From Laetmonice hystrix (taxonomy: Eukaryota), in the NCBI GenBank assembly GCA_965235115.1, contig OZ249436.1:1-64000 (forward strand): a stretch of DNA of 64,000 nucleotides, read 5' to 3'. The notes beneath the pieces were generated by a model that saw only the letters and a list, made by a program, of their open reading frames with translations, was not told the origin of the DNA and did not search any database. A program made the position numbers and the translations under genes. Within the stretch, counting starts at the first letter, position 1, and each line of letters opens with the position of its first letter. Of the stretch, positions 18,944 through 33,900 are shown piece by piece.

Positions 18944-21900
18944 GTTTGACAATCGTACATCTGGCCTAAGAATCATAATTTTGGGAGGCTTAGTTTCAAT
19001 TTGACGTTTCAAAAATGTAGCCATTTTTCGCTTATCATTGTTTTAACCTGTCTCTCGCCTCAGAGCCACAGGTGCCTGCCAGTACGTGGTGATTCCACCG
19101 CTAGCCGGAAGGTAGCAGTGCAGTCGGAGACCCCCCCCCCCACTTCAGTGGAGTTGTGCTGCACCCTGGTGTTTCTTGCTGCAATATCTCGGTAGCCTTC
19201 CTTTGTTTGTTTGTTACTTGGGGATGGGATATCTGATATAGAAAAGGTGTACAACGTCATTTTCCATTGTTAACTAAAGCTTTACGGCAAACCGTCATTG
19301 GGACGACCTGACAACGTTGTCGGATGCTTACAGATGGTCTGTAGGGGACATAGATCAGGTGGGAGTAGATGATAGACGAAACGGATGGCCTTCCTCCTGG
19401 ACAATAAAGGCATGGAAACATGAAACATGAGGCGTCCCTAGACTACTGGCTACTCTTGTATACAAGCAAACGGTAGAGGAAGGCCAAACAGTACAGGGAG
19501 GAATGGCTACAAGGTATACTGTCTGGCCTAGCACCAAAGCGAACACTACAGTGAGGCCAAAGAGTAGGCCTACAGTGAGGCCAAACAGTACACTGTGTGG
19601 CCAAGCAGTGGGGAAGGCCAACCAGTAGAGTGAGAAATCCTTAAATCTTACCGGCTGGCCTAGTACCCATGCAAACACTACAGTGAGGTAGCGGGAATGA
19701 AAGGTACAGGCGAGGAGCATCTAATGTTAAAATCTGGAGAAGATGCTCAAATGGGAAGTGTACACATCACAACCATATATCTGTAGCGAACGTACGAGAC
19801 CTATACGTTTGACAGTCGTACATCTGGCCTAAGAATCATAATTTTGGGAGGCTTAGTTTCAATTGGACGTATCAAAAATGAAGCCATTTTTCGCTTATCA
19901 TTTCTTTAAGCTGTCTCTCGCCTCAGAGCCACAGGTACCTGCCAGTACGTGGTGATTCCACCGCTAGCCGGAAGGTAGCAGTGCAGTCGGGGACCCCCCC
20001 CCCCGCTTCAGTGGAGTTGTGCTGCACCCTGGTGTTTCTTCCTGCAACATCTCGGTGTCCTTCCTTTGTTTGTTTGTTACTTGGGATGGGTTATCTGATA
20101 TAGAAAAGGCGTACAACGTCTTTTTCCATTGTTAACTAAGGCTTTACGGCAAACAGTCATTGGGACGACCTGACAACGTTGTCGGACGCTTACAGATGGT
20201 CTGTAGGGGACATAGATTAGATGGAAGTAGATGATAGACGAAACGGATGGCCTTCCTCCTGGACAGGCGTCCCTATACTACTGGCTACTCTTGTATACAA
20301 GCAAACGGTAGAGGAAGGCCAAACAGTACAGGGAGGAATGGCTACAAGGTATACTGTCTGGCCTAGCACCCAAGCGAACACTTCAGTGAGGCCAAAGAGT
20401 AGGCCTACAGTGAGGCCAAACAGTACACTGTGGGGCCAAGCAGTGGGCAAGGCCAACCAGTAGAGTGAGAAATCCTTAAATCTTACCGGCTGGCCTAGTA
20501 CCCATGCAAACACTACAGTAAGGTAGTGGAAATGAAAGGTACAGGCGAGGAGCATCTAATGTTAAAATCTGGAAAAGATGCTCAAATGGGAAGTGTACAC
20601 ATCACAACCATATATCTGTAGCGAACGTACGAGACCTATACCTTTGACAGTCGTACATCTGGCCTAAGAATTATAGTTTTGGGAGGCTTAGTTTCAATTT
20701 GACGTATCAAAAATGTAGCCATTTTTCGCTTATCATTGCTTTAAGCTGTCTCTCGCCTCAGAGCCACAGGTGCCTGCCAGTACGTGGTGATTCCACCGCT
20801 AGCCGGAAGGTAGCAGTGCAGTCGGAGACCCCCCCCCCCCACTTCAGTGGAGTTGTGCTGCACCCTGGTGTTTCTTGCCTGCAATATCTCGGTAGCCTTC
20901 CTTTGTTTGTTTGTTACTTGGGGATGGGATATCTGATATAGAAAAGGTGTACAACGTCATTTTCCATTGTTAACTAAAGCTTTACGGCAAACCGTCATTG
21001 GGACGACCTGACAACGTTGTCGGATGCTTACAGATGGTCTGTAGGGGACATAGATCAGGTGGGAGTAGATGATAGACGAAACGGATGGCCTTCCTCCTGG
21101 ACAATAAAGGAATGGAAACATGAAACATGAGGCGTCCCTAGACTACTGGCTACTCTTGTATACAAGCAAACGGTAGAGGAAGGCCAAACAGTACAGGGAG
21201 GAAGGGCTACAAGGTATACCGTCTGGCCTAGCACCCAAGCGAACACTACAGTGAGGCCAAAGAATAGGCCTACAGTGAGGCCAAACAGTACACTGTGGGG
21301 CCAAGCAGTGGGGAAGGCCAACCAGTAGAGTGAGAAATCCTTAAATCTTACCGGCTGGCCTAGTACCCATGCAAACACTACAGTGAGGTAGCGGGAATGA
21401 AAGGTACAGGCGAGGAGCATCTAATGTTAAAATCTGGAGAAGATGCTCAAATGGGACGTGTACACATCACAACCATATATCTGTAGCGAACGTACGAGAC
21501 CTATACGTTTGACAATCGTACATCTGGCCTAAGAATCATAATTTTGGGAGGCTTAGTTTCAATTTGACGTTTCAAAAATGTAGCCATTTTTCGCCTATCA
21601 TTTCTTTAAGCTGTCTCTCGCCTCAGAGCCACAGGTACCTGCCAGTACGTGGTGATTCCACCGCTAGCCGGAAGGTAGCAGTGCAGTCGGGGACCCCCCC
21701 CCCCCCCGCTTCAGTGGAGTTGTGCTGCACCCTGGTGTTTCTTCCTGCAACATCTCGGTGTCCTTCCTTTGTTTGTTTGTTACTTGGGATGGGATATCTG
21801 ATATAGAAAAGGCGTACAACGTCTTTTTCCATTGTTAACTAAGGCTTTACGGCAAACAGTCATTGGGACGACCTGACAACGTTGTCGGACGCTTACAGAT

Positions 21901-24900
21901 GGTCTGTAGGGGACATAGATTAGATGGAAGTAGATGATAGACGAAACGGATGGCCTTCCTCCTGGACAGGCGTCCCTATACTACTGGCTACTCTTGTATA
22001 CAAGCAAACGGTAGAGGAAGGCCAAACAGTACAGGGAGGAAGGGCTACAAGGTATACTGTCTGGCCTAGCACCCAAGCGAACACTACAGTGAGGCCAAAG
22101 AATAGGCCTACAGTGAGGCCAAACAGTACACTGTGGGGCCAAGCAGAGGGGAAGGCCAACCAGTAGAGTGAGAAATCCTTAAATCTTACCGGCTGGCCTA
22201 GTACCCATGCAAACACTACAGTGAGGTAGCGGGAATGAAAGGTACAGGCGAGGAGCATCTAATGTTAAAATCTGGAGAAGATGCTCAAATGGGAAGTGTA
22301 CACATCACAACCATATATCTGTAGCGAACGTACGAGACCTATACGTTTGACAGTCGTACATCTGGCCTAAGAATCATAATTTTGGGAGGCTTAGTTTCAA
22401 TTGGACGTATCAAAAATGAAGCCATTTTTCGCTTATCATTTCTTTAAGCTGTCTCTCGCCTCAGAGCCACAGGTACCTGCCAGTACGTGGTGATTCCACC
22501 GCTAGCCGGAAGGTAGCAGTGCAGTCGGGGACCCCCCCCCCCCCCCGCTTCAGTGGAGTTGTGCTGCACCCTGGTGTTTCTTCCTGCAACATCTCGGTGT
22601 CCTTCCTTTGTTTGTTTGTTACTTGGGATGGGATATCTGATATAGAAAAGGCGTACAACGTCTTTTTCCATTGTTAACTAAGGCTTTACGGCAAACAGTC
22701 ATTGGGACGACCTGACAACGTTGTCGGACGCTTACAGATGGTCTGTAGGGGACATAGATTAGATGGAAGTAGATGATAGACGAAACGGATGGCCTTCCTC
22801 CTGGACAGGCGTCCCTATACTACTGGCTACTCTTGTATACAAGCAAACGGTAGAGGAAGGCCAAACAGTACAGGGAGGAAGGGCTACAAGGTATACTGTC
22901 TGGCCTAGCACCCAAGCGAACACTACAGTGAGGCCAAAGAATAGGCCTACAGTGAGGCCAAACAGTACACTGTGGGGCCAAGCAGTGGGGAAGGCCAACC
23001 AGTAGAGTGAGAAATCCTTAAATCTTACCGGCTGGCCTAGTACCCATGCAAACACTACAGTGAGGTAGCGGGAATGAAAGGTACAGGCGAGGAGCATCTA
23101 ATGTTAAAATCTGGAGAAGATGCTCATATGGGACGTGTACACATCACAACCATATATCTGTAGCGAACGTACGAGACCTATACGTTTGACAATCGTACAT
23201 CTGGCCTAAGAATCATAATTTTGGGAGGCTTAGTTTCAATTTGACGTTTCAAAAATGTAGCCATTTTTCGCTTATCATTGTTTTAACCTGTCTCTCGCCT
23301 CAGAGCCACAGGTGCCTGCCAGTACGTGGTGATTCCACCGCTAGCCGGAAGGTAGCAGTGCAGTCGGAGACCCCCCCCCCCCCCACTTCAGTGGAGTTGT
23401 GCTGCACCCTGGTGTTTCTTGCTGCAATATCTCGGTAGCCTTCCTTTGTTTGTTTGTTACTTGGGGATGGGATATCTGATATAGAAAAGGTGTACAACGT
23501 CATTTACCATTGTTAACTAAAGCTTTACGGCAAACCGTCATTGGGACGACCTGACAACGTTGTCGGACCCTTAAAGATGGTCTGTAGGGGACATAGATTA
23601 GATGGGAGTAGATGATAAACGAAACGGATGGCCTTCCTCCTGGACAATAAAGGCATGGAAACATGAAACATGAGGCGTCCCTAGACTACTGGCTCCTCTT
23701 GTATACAAGCAAACGGTAGAGGAAGGCCAAACAGTACAGGGAGGAATGGCTACAAGGTATACTGTCTGGCCTAGCACCCAAGCGAACACTACAGTGAGGC
23801 CAAAGAGTAGGCCTACAGTGAGGCCAAACAGTACACTGTGTGGCCAAGCAGTGGGGAAGGCGAACCAGTAGAGTGAGAAATCCTTAAATCTTACCGGCTG
23901 GCCTAGTACCCATGCAAACACTACAGTGAGGTAGCGGGAATGAAAGGTACAGGCGAGGAGCATCTAATGTTAAAATCTGGAGAAGATGCTCAAATGGGAA
24001 GTGTACACATCACAACCATATATCTGTAGCGAACGTACGAGACCTATACGTTTGACAGTCGTACATCTGGCCTAAGAGTCATAATTTTGGGAGGCTTAGT
24101 TTCAATTTGACGTATCAAAAATTAAGCCATTTTTCGCTTATCATTTCTTTAAGCTGTCTCTCGCCTCAGAGCCACAGGTGCCTGCCAGTACGTGGTGATT
24201 CCACCGCTAGCCGGAAGGTAGCAGTGCAGTCGGAGACCCCCCCCCCACTTCAGTGGAGTTGTGCTGCACACTGGTGTTTCTTGCCTGCAATATCTCGGTA
24301 GCCTTCCTTTGTTTGTTTGTTACTTGGGGATGGGATATCTGATATAGAAAAGGTGTACAACGTCATTTTCCATTGTTAACTAAAGCTTTACGGCAAACCG
24401 TCATTGGGACGACCTGACAACGTTGTCGGACCCTTACAGATGGTCTGTAGGGGACATAGATAAGATGGGAGTAGATGATAGACGAAACGGATGGCCTTCC
24501 TCCTGGACAATAAAGGCATGGAAACATGAAACATGAGGCGTCCCTAGACTACTGGCTACTCTTGTATACAAGCAAACGGTAGAGGAAGGCCAAACAGTAC
24601 AGGGAGGAATGGCTACAAGGTATACTGTCTGGCCTAGCACCAAAGCGAACACTACAGTGAGGCCAAAGAGTAGGCCTACAGTGAGGCCAAACAGTACACT
24701 GTGTGGCCAAGCAGTGGGGAAGGCCAACCAGTAGAGTGAGAAATCCTTAAATCTTACCGGCTGGCCTAGTACCCATGCAAACACTACAGTGAGGTAGCGG
24801 GAATGAAAGGTACAGGCGAGGAGCATCTAATGTTAAAATCTGGAGAAGATGCTCAAATGGGAAGTGTACACATCACAACCATATATCTGTAGCGAACGTA

Positions 24901-27900
24901 CGAGACCTATACGTTTGACAGTCGTACATCTGGCCTAAGAATCATAATTTTGGGAGGCTTAGTTTCAATTGGACGTATCAAAAATGAAGCCATTTTTCGC
25001 TTATCATTTCTTTAAGCTGTCTCTCGCCTCAGAGCCACAGGTACCTGCCAGTACGTGGTGATTCCACCGCTAGCCGGAAGGTAGCAGTGCAGTCGGGGAC
25101 CCCCCCCCCCGCTTCAGTGGAGTTGTGCTGCACCCTGGTGTTTCTTCCTGCAACATCTCGGTGTCCTTCCTTTGTTTGTTTGTTACTTGGGATGGGATAT
25201 CTGATATAGAAAAGGCGTACAACGTCTTTTTCCATTGTTAACTAAGGCTTTACGGCAAACAGTCATTGGGACGACCTGACAACGTTGTCGGACGCTTACA
25301 GATGGTCTGTAGGGGACATAGATTAGATGGAAGTAGATGATAGACGAAACGGATGGCCTTCCTCCTGGACAGGCGTCCCTATACTACTGGCTACTCTTGT
25401 ATACAAGCAAACGGTAGAGGAAGGCCAAACAGTACAGGGAGGAATGGCTACAAGGTATACTGTCTGGCCTAGCACCCAAGCGAACACTTCAGTGAGGCCA
25501 AAGAGTAGGCCTACAGTGAAGCCAAACAGTACACTGTGGGGCCAAGCAGTGGGCACGGCCAACCAGTAGAGTGAGAAATCCTTAAATCTTACCGGCTGGC
25601 CTAGTACCCATGCAAACACTACAGTAAGGTAGTGGAAATGAAAGGTACAGGCGAGGAGCATCTAATGTTAAAATCTGGAAAAGATGCTCAAATGGGAAGT
25701 GTACACATCACAACCATATATCTGTAGCGAACGTACGAGACCTATACCTTTGACAGTCGTACATCTGGCCTAAGAATTATAGTTTTGGGAGGCTTAGTTT
25801 CAATTTGACGTATCAAAAATGTAGCCATTTTTCGCTTATCATTGCTTTAAGCTGTCTCTCGCCTCAGAGCCACAGGTGCCTGCCAGTACGTGGTGATTCC
25901 ACCGCTAGCCGGAAGGTAGCAGTGCAGTCGGAGACCCCCCCCCCCCCCCACTTCAGTGGAGTTGTGCTGCACCCTGGTGTTTCTTGCCTGCAATATCTCG
26001 GTAGCCTTCCTTTGTTTGTTTGTTACTTGGGGATGGGATATCTGATATAGAAAAGGTGTACAACGTCATTTTCCATTGTTAACTAAAGCTTTACGGCAAA
26101 CCGTCATTGGGACGACCTGACAACGTTGTCGGATGCTTACAGATGGTCTGTAGGGGACATAGATCAGGTGGGAGTAGATGATAGACGAAACGGATGGCCT
26201 TCCTCCTGGACAATAAAGGAATGGAAACATGAAACATGAGGCGTCCCTAGACTACTGGCTACTCTTGTATACAAGCAAACGGCAGAGGAAGGCCAAACAG
26301 TACAGGGAGGAAGGGCTACAAGGTATACCGTCTGGCCTAGCACCCAAGCGAACACTACAGTGAGGCCAAAGAATAGGCCTACAGTGAGGCCAAACAGTAC
26401 ACTGTGGGGCCAAGCAGTGGGGAAGGCCAACCAGTAGAGTGAGAAATCCTTAAATCTTACCGGCTGGCCTAGTACCCATGCAAACACTACAGTGAGGTAG
26501 CGGGAATGAAAGGTACAGGCGAGGAGCATCTAATGTTAAAATCTGGAGAAGATGCTCAAATGGGAAGTGTACACATCACAACCATATATCTGTAGCGAAC
26601 GTACGAGACCTATACGTTTGACAGTCGTACATCTGGCCTAAGAATCATAATTTTGGGAGGCTTAGTTTGAATTGGACGTATCAAAAATGAAGCCATTTTT
26701 CGCTTATCATTTCTTTAAGCTGTCTCTCGCCTCAGAGCCACAGGTACCTGCCAGTACGTGGTGATTCCACCGCTAGCCGGAAGGTAGCAGTGTAGTCGGG
26801 GACCCCCCCCCGCTTCAGTGGAGTTGTGCTGCACCCTGGTGTTTCTTCCTGCAACATCTCGGTGTCCTTCCTTTGTTTGTTTGTTACTTGGGATGGGATA
26901 TCTGATATAGAAAAGGCGTACAACGTCTTTTTCCATTGTTAACTAAGGCTTTACGGCAAACAGTCATTGGGACGACCTGACAACGTTGTCGGACGCTTAC
27001 AGATGGTCTGTAGGGGACATAGATTAGATGGAAGTAGATGATAGACGAAACGGATGGCCTTCCTCCTGGACCGGCGTCCCTATACTACTGGCTACTCTTG
27101 TATACAAGCAAACGGTAGAGGAAGGCCAAACAGTACAGGGAGGAAGGGCTACAAGGTATACTGTCTGGCCTAGCACCCAAGCGAACACTACAGTGAGGCC
27201 AAAGAATAGGCCTACAGTGAGGCCAAACAGTACACTGTGGGGCCAAGCAGTGGGGAAGGCCAACCAGTAGAGTGAGAAATCCTTAAATCTTACCGGCTGG
27301 CCTAGTACCCATGCAAACACTACAGTGAGGTAGCGGGAATGAAAGGTACAGGCGAGGAGCATCTAATGTTAAAATCTGGAGAAGATGCTCATATGGGACG
27401 TGTACACATCACAACCATATATCTGTAGCGAACGTACGAGACCTATACGTTTGACAATCGTACATCTGGCCTAAGAATCATAATTTTGGGAGGCTTAGTT
27501 TCAATTTGACGTTTCAAAAATGTAGCCATTTTTCGCTTATCATTGTTTTAACCTGTCTCTCGCCTCAGAGCCACAGGTGCCTGCCAGTACGTGGTGATTC
27601 CACCGCTAGCCGGAAGGTAGCAGTGCAGTCGGAGACCCCCCCCCCCACTTCAGTGGAGTTGTGCTGCACCCTGGTGTTTCTTGCTGCAATATCTCGGTAG
27701 CCTTCCTTTGTTTGTTTGTTACTTGGGGATGGGATATCTGATATAGAAAAGGTGTACAACGTCATTTACCATTGTTAACTAAAGCTTTACGGCAAACCGT
27801 CATTGGGACGACCTGACAACGTTGTCGGACCCTTAAAGATGGTCTGTAGGGGACATAGATTAGATGGGAGTAGATGATAAACGAAACGGATGGCCTTCCT

Positions 27901-30900
27901 CCTGGACAATAAAGGCATGGAAACATGAAACATGAGGCGTCCCTAGACTACTGGCTCCTCTTGTATACAAGCAAACGGTAGAGGAAGGCCAAACAGTACA
28001 GGGAGGAATGGCTACAAGGTATACTGTCTGGCCTAGCACCCAAGCGAACACTACAGTGAGGCCAAAGAGTAGGCCTACAGTGAGGCCAAACAGTACACTG
28101 TGTGGCCAAGCAGTGGGGAAGGCCAACCAGTAGAGTGAGAAATCCTTAAATCTTACCGGCTGGCCTAGTACCCATGCAAACACTACAGTGAGGTAGCGGG
28201 AATGAAAGGTACAGGCGAGGAGCATCTAATGTTAAAATCTGGAGAAGATGCTCAAATGGGAAGTGTACACATCACAACCATATATCTGTAGCGAACGTAC
28301 GGGACCTATACGTTTGACAGTCGTACATCTGGCCTAAGAGTCATAATTTTGGGAGGCTTAGTTTCAATTTGACGTATCAAAAATGAAGCCATTTTTCGCT
28401 TATCATTTCTTTAAGCTGTCTCTCGCCTCAGAGCCACAGGTGCCTGCCAGTACGTGGTGATTCCACCGCTAGCCGGAAGGTAGCAGTGCAGTCGGAGACG
28501 CCCCCCCCCACTTCAGTGGAGTTGTGCTGCACACTGGTGTTTCTTGCCTGCAATATCTCGGTAGCCTTCCTTTGTTTGTTTGTTACTTGGGGATGGGATA
28601 TCTGATATAGAAAAGGTGTACAACGTCATTTTCCATTGTTAACTAAAGCTTTACGGCAAACCGTCATTGGGACGACCTGACAACGTTGTCGGACCCTTAC
28701 AGATGGTCTGTAGGGGACATAGATAAGATGGGAGTAGATGATAGACGAAACGGATGGCCTTCCTCCTGGACAATAAAGGCATGGAAACATGAAACATGAG
28801 GCGTCCCTAGACTACTGGCTACTCTTGTATACAAGCAAACGGTAGAGGAAGGCCAAACAGTACAGGGAGGAATGGCTACAAGGTATACTGTCTGGCCTAG
28901 CACCAAAGCGAACACTACAGTGAGGCCAAAGAGTAGGCCTACAGTGAGGCCAAACAGTACACTGTGTGGCCAAGCAGTGGGGAAGGCCAACCAGTAGAGT
29001 GAGAAATCCTTAAATCTTACCGGCTGGCCTAGTACCCATGCAAACACTACAGTGAGGTAGCGGGAATGAAAGGTACAGGCGAGGAGCATCTAATGTTAAA
29101 ATCTGGAGAAGATGCTCAAATGGGAAGTGTACACATCACAACCATATATCTGTAGCGAACGTACGAGACCTATACGTTTGACAGTCGTACATCTGGCCTA
29201 AGAATCATAATTTTGGGAGGCTTAGTTTCAATTGGACGTATCAAAAATGAAGCCATTTTTCGCTTATCATTTCTTTAAGCTGTCTCTCGCCTCAGAGCCA
29301 CAGGTACCTGCCAGTACGTGGTGATTCCACCGCTAGCCGGAAGGTAGCAGTGCAGTCGGGGACCCCCCCCCCCGCTTCAGTGGAGTTGTGCTGCACCCTG
29401 GTGTTTCTTCCTGCAACATCTCGGTGTCCTTCCTTTGTTTGTTTGTTACTTGGGATGGGATATCTGATATAGAAAAGGCGTACAACGTCTTTTTCCATTG
29501 TTAACTAAGGCTTTACGGCAAACAGTCATTGGGACGACCTGACAACGTTGTCGGACGCTTACAGATGGTCTGTAGGGGACATAGATTAGATGGAAGTAGA
29601 TGATAGACGAAACGGATGGCCTTCCTCCTGGACAGGCGTCCCTATACTACTGGCTACTCTTGTATACAAGCAAACGGTAGAGGAAGGCCAAACAGTACAG
29701 GGAGGAAGGGCTACAAGGTATACTGTCTGGCCTAGCACCCAAGCGAACACTACAGTGAGGCCAAAGAATAGGCCTACAGTGAGGCCAAACAGTACACTGT
29801 GGGGCCAAGCAGTGGGGAAGGCCAACCAGTAGAGTGAGAAATCCTTAAATCTTACCGGCTGGCCTAGTACCCATGCAAACACTACAGTGAGGTAGCGGGA
29901 ATGAAAGGTACAGGCGAGGAGCATCTAATGTTAAAATCTGGAGAAGATGCTCATATGGGACGTGTACACATCACAACCATATATCTGTAGCGAACGTACG
30001 AGACCTATACGTTTGACAATCGTACATCTGGCCTAAGAATCATAATTTTGGGAGGCTTAGTTTCAATTTGACGTTTCAAAAATGTAGCCATTTTTCGCTT
30101 ATCATTGTTTTAACCTGTCTCTCGCCTCAGAGCCACAGGTGCCTGCCAGTACGTGGTGATTCCACCGCTAGCCGGAAGGTAGCAGTGCAGTCGGAGACCC
30201 CCCCCCCACTTCAGTGGAGTTGTGCTGCACCCTGGTGTTTCTTGCTGCAATATCTCGGTAGCCTTCCTTTGTTTGTTTGTTACTTGGGGATGGGATATCT
30301 GATATAGAAAAGGTGTACAACGTCATTTACCATTGTTAACTAAAGCTTTACGGCAAACCGTCATTGGGACGACCTGACAACGTTGTCGGACCCTTAAAGA
30401 TGGTCTGTAGGGGACATAGATTAGATGGGAGTAGATGATAAACGAAACGGATGGCCTTCCTCCTGGACAATAAAGGCATGGAAACATGAAACATGAGGCG
30501 TCCCTAGACTACTGGCTCCTCTTGTATACAAGCAAACGGTAGAGGAAGGCCAAACAGTACAGGGAGGAATGGCTACAAGGTATACTGTCTGGCCTAGCAC
30601 CCAAGCGAACACTACAGTGAGGCCAAAGAGTAGGCCTACAGTGAGGCCAAACAGTACACTGTGTGGCCAAGCAGTGGGGAAGGCGAACCAGTAGAGTGAG
30701 AAATCCTTAAATCTTACCGGCTGGCCTAGTACCCATGCAAACACTACAGTGAGGTAGCGGGAATGAAAGGTACAGGCGAGGAGCATCTAATGTTAAAATC
30801 TGGAGAAGATGCTCAAATGGGAAGTGTACACATCACAACCATATATCTGTAGCGAACGTACGAGACCTATACGTTTGACAGTCGTACATCTGGCCTAAGA

Positions 30901-33900
30901 GTCATAATTTTGGGAGGCTTAGTTTCAATTTGACGTATCAAAAATTAAGCCATTTTTCGCTTATCATTTCTTTAAGCTGTCTCTCGCCTCAGAGCCACAG
31001 GTGCCTGCCAGTACGTGGTGATTCCACCGCTAGCCGGAAGGTAGCAGTGCAGTCGGAGACCCCCCCCCCCCCCACTTCAGTGGAGTTGTGCTGCACACTG
31101 GTGTTTCTTGCCTGCAATATCTCGGTAGCCTTCCTTTGTTTGTTTGTTACTTGGGGATGGGATATCTGATATAGAAAAGGTGTACAACGTCATTTTCCAT
31201 TGTTAACTAAAGCTTTACGGCAAACCGTCATTGGGACGACCTGACAACGTTGTCGGACCCTTACAGATGGTCTGTAGGGGACATAGATAAGATGGGAGTA
31301 GATGATAGACGAAACGGATGGCCTTCCTCCTGGACAATAAAGGCATGGAAACATGAAACATGAGGCGTCCCTAGACTACTGGCTACTCTTGTATACAAGC
31401 AAACGGTAGAGGAAGGCCAAACAGTACAGGGAGGAATGGCTACAAGGTATACTGTCTGGCCTAGCACCAAAGCGAACACTACAGTGAGGCCAAAGAGTAG
31501 GCCTACAGTGAGGCCAAACAGTACACTGTGTGGCCAAGCAGTGGGGAAGGCCAACCAGTAGAGTGAGAAATCCTTAAATCTTACCGGCTGGCCTAGTACC
31601 CATGCAAACACTACAGTGAGGTAGCGGGAATGAAAGGTACAGGCGAGGAGCATCTAATGTTAAAATCTGGAGAAGATGCTCAAATGGGAAGTGTACACAT
31701 CACAACCATATATCTGTAGCGAACGTACGAGACCTATACGTTTGACAGTCGTACATCTGGCCTAAGAATCATAATTTTGGGAGGCTTAGTTTCAATTGGA
31801 CGTATCAAAAATGAAGCCATTTTTCGCTTATCATTTCTTTAAGCTGTCTCTCGCCTCAGAGCCACAGGTACCTGCCAGTACGTGGTGATTCCACCGCTAG
31901 CCGGAAGGTAGCAGTGCAGTCGGGGACCCCCCCCCCCGCTTCAGTGGAGTTGTGCTGCACCCTGGTGTTTCTTCCTGCAACATCTCGGTGTCCTTCCTTT
32001 GTTTGTTTGTTACTTGGGATGGGATATCTGATATAGAAAAGGCGTACAACGTCTTTTTCCATTGTTAACTAAGGCTTTACGGCAAACAGTCATTGGGACG
32101 ACCTGACAACGTTGTCGGACGCTTACAGATGGTCTGTAGGGGACATAGATTAGATGGAAGTAGATGATAGACGAAACGGATGGCCTTCCTCCTGGACAGG
32201 CGTCCCTATACTACTGGCTACTCTTGTATACAAGCAAACGGTAGAGGAAGGCCAAACAGTACAGGGAGGAATGGCTACAAGGTATACTGTCTGGCCTAGC
32301 ACCCAAGCGAACACTTCAGTGAGGCCAAAGAGTAGGCCTACAGTGAGGCCAAACAGTACACTGTGGGGCCAAGCAGTGGGCAAGGCCAACCAGTAGAGTG
32401 AGAAATCCTTAAATCTTACCGGCTGGCCTAGTACCCATGCAAACACTACAGTAAGGTAGTGGAAATGAAAGGTACAGGCGAGGAGCATCTAATGTTAAAA
32501 TCTGGAAAAGATGCTCAAATGGGAAGTGTACACATCACAACCATATATCTGTAGCGAACGTACGAGACCTATACCTTTGACAGTCGTACATCTGGCCTAA
32601 GAATTATAGTTTTGGGAGGCTTAGTTTCAATTTGACGTATCAAAAATGTAGCCATTTTTCGCTTATCACTGCTTTAAGCTGTCTCTCGCCTCAGAGCCAC
32701 AGGTGCCTGCCAGTACGTGGTGATTCCACCGCTAGCCGGAAGGTAGCAGTGTAGTCGGGGACCCCCCCCCCCGCTTCAGTGGAGTTGTGCTGCACCCTGG
32801 TGTTTCTTCCTGCAACATCTCGGTGTCCTTCCTTTGTTTGTTTGTTACTTGGGATGGGATATCTGATATAGAAAAGGCGTACAACGTCTTTTTCCATTGT
32901 TAACTAAGGCTTTACGGCAAACAGTCATTGGGACGACCTGACAACGTTGTCGGACGCTTACAGATGGTCTGTAGGGGACATAGATTAGATGGAAGTAGAT
33001 GATAGACGAAACGGATGGCCTTCCTCCTGGACCGGCGTCCCTATACTACTGGCTACTCTTGTATACAAGCAAACGGTAGAGGAAGGCCAAACAGTACAGG
33101 GAGGAAGGGCTACAAGGTATACTGTCTGGCCTAGCACCCAAGCGAACACTACAGTGAGGCCAAAGAATAGGCCTACAGTGAGGCCAAACAGTACACTGTG
33201 GGGCCAAGCAGTGGGGAAGGCCAACCAGTAGAGTGAGAAATCCTTAAATCTTACCGGCTGGCCTAGTACCCATGCAAACACTACAGTGAGGTAGCGGGAA
33301 TGAAAGGTACAGGCGAGGAGCATCTAATGTTAAAATCTGGAGAAGATGCTCATATGGGACGTGTACACATCACAACCATATATCTGTAGCGAACGTACGA
33401 GACCTATACGTTTGACAATCGTACATCTGGCCTAAGAATCATAATTTTGGGAGGCTTAGTTTCAATTTGACGTTTCAAAAATGTAGCCATTTTTCGCTTA
33501 TCATTGTTTTAACCTGTCTCTCGCCTCAGAGCCACAGGTGCCTGCCAGTACGTGGTGATTCCACCGCTAGCCGGAAGGTAGCAGTGCAGTCGGAGACCCC
33601 CCCCCCCCCCACTTCAGTGGAGTTGTGCTGCACCCTGGTGTTTCTTGCTGCAATATCTCGGTAGCCTTCCTTTGTTTGTTTGTTACTTGGGGATGGGATA
33701 TCTGATATAGAAAAGGTGTACAACGTCATTTACCATTGTTAACTAAAGCTTTACGGCAAACCGTCATTGGGACGACCTGACAACGTTGTCGGACCCTTAA
33801 AGATGGTCTGTAGGGGACATAGATTAGATGGGAGTAGATGATAAACGAAACGGATGGCCTTCCTCCTGGACAATAAAGGCATGGAAACATGAAACATGAG

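Noticed and set aside
18960..19000. Sm-site-like AATTTTGG suggesting an SL RNA or snRNA gene array
   Set aside because: No suitably placed splice donor or snRNA homology was seen, and some monomers change it to AGTTTTGG. An Infernal search would settle it.
19364..19400. Hammerhead-like GATGA..GAAAC in the satellite (retrozyme idea)
   Set aside because: The core reads TAGATGA, not CTGANGA, and no stem III with a GUH cleavage triplet follows. No CTGANGA core was seen on the other strand.
19768..19782. AACCATATAT shared between the satellite and the 145-bp promoter repeat
   Set aside because: Only 10 AT-rich nt, with no GGG or flanking similarity, so compatible with chance.
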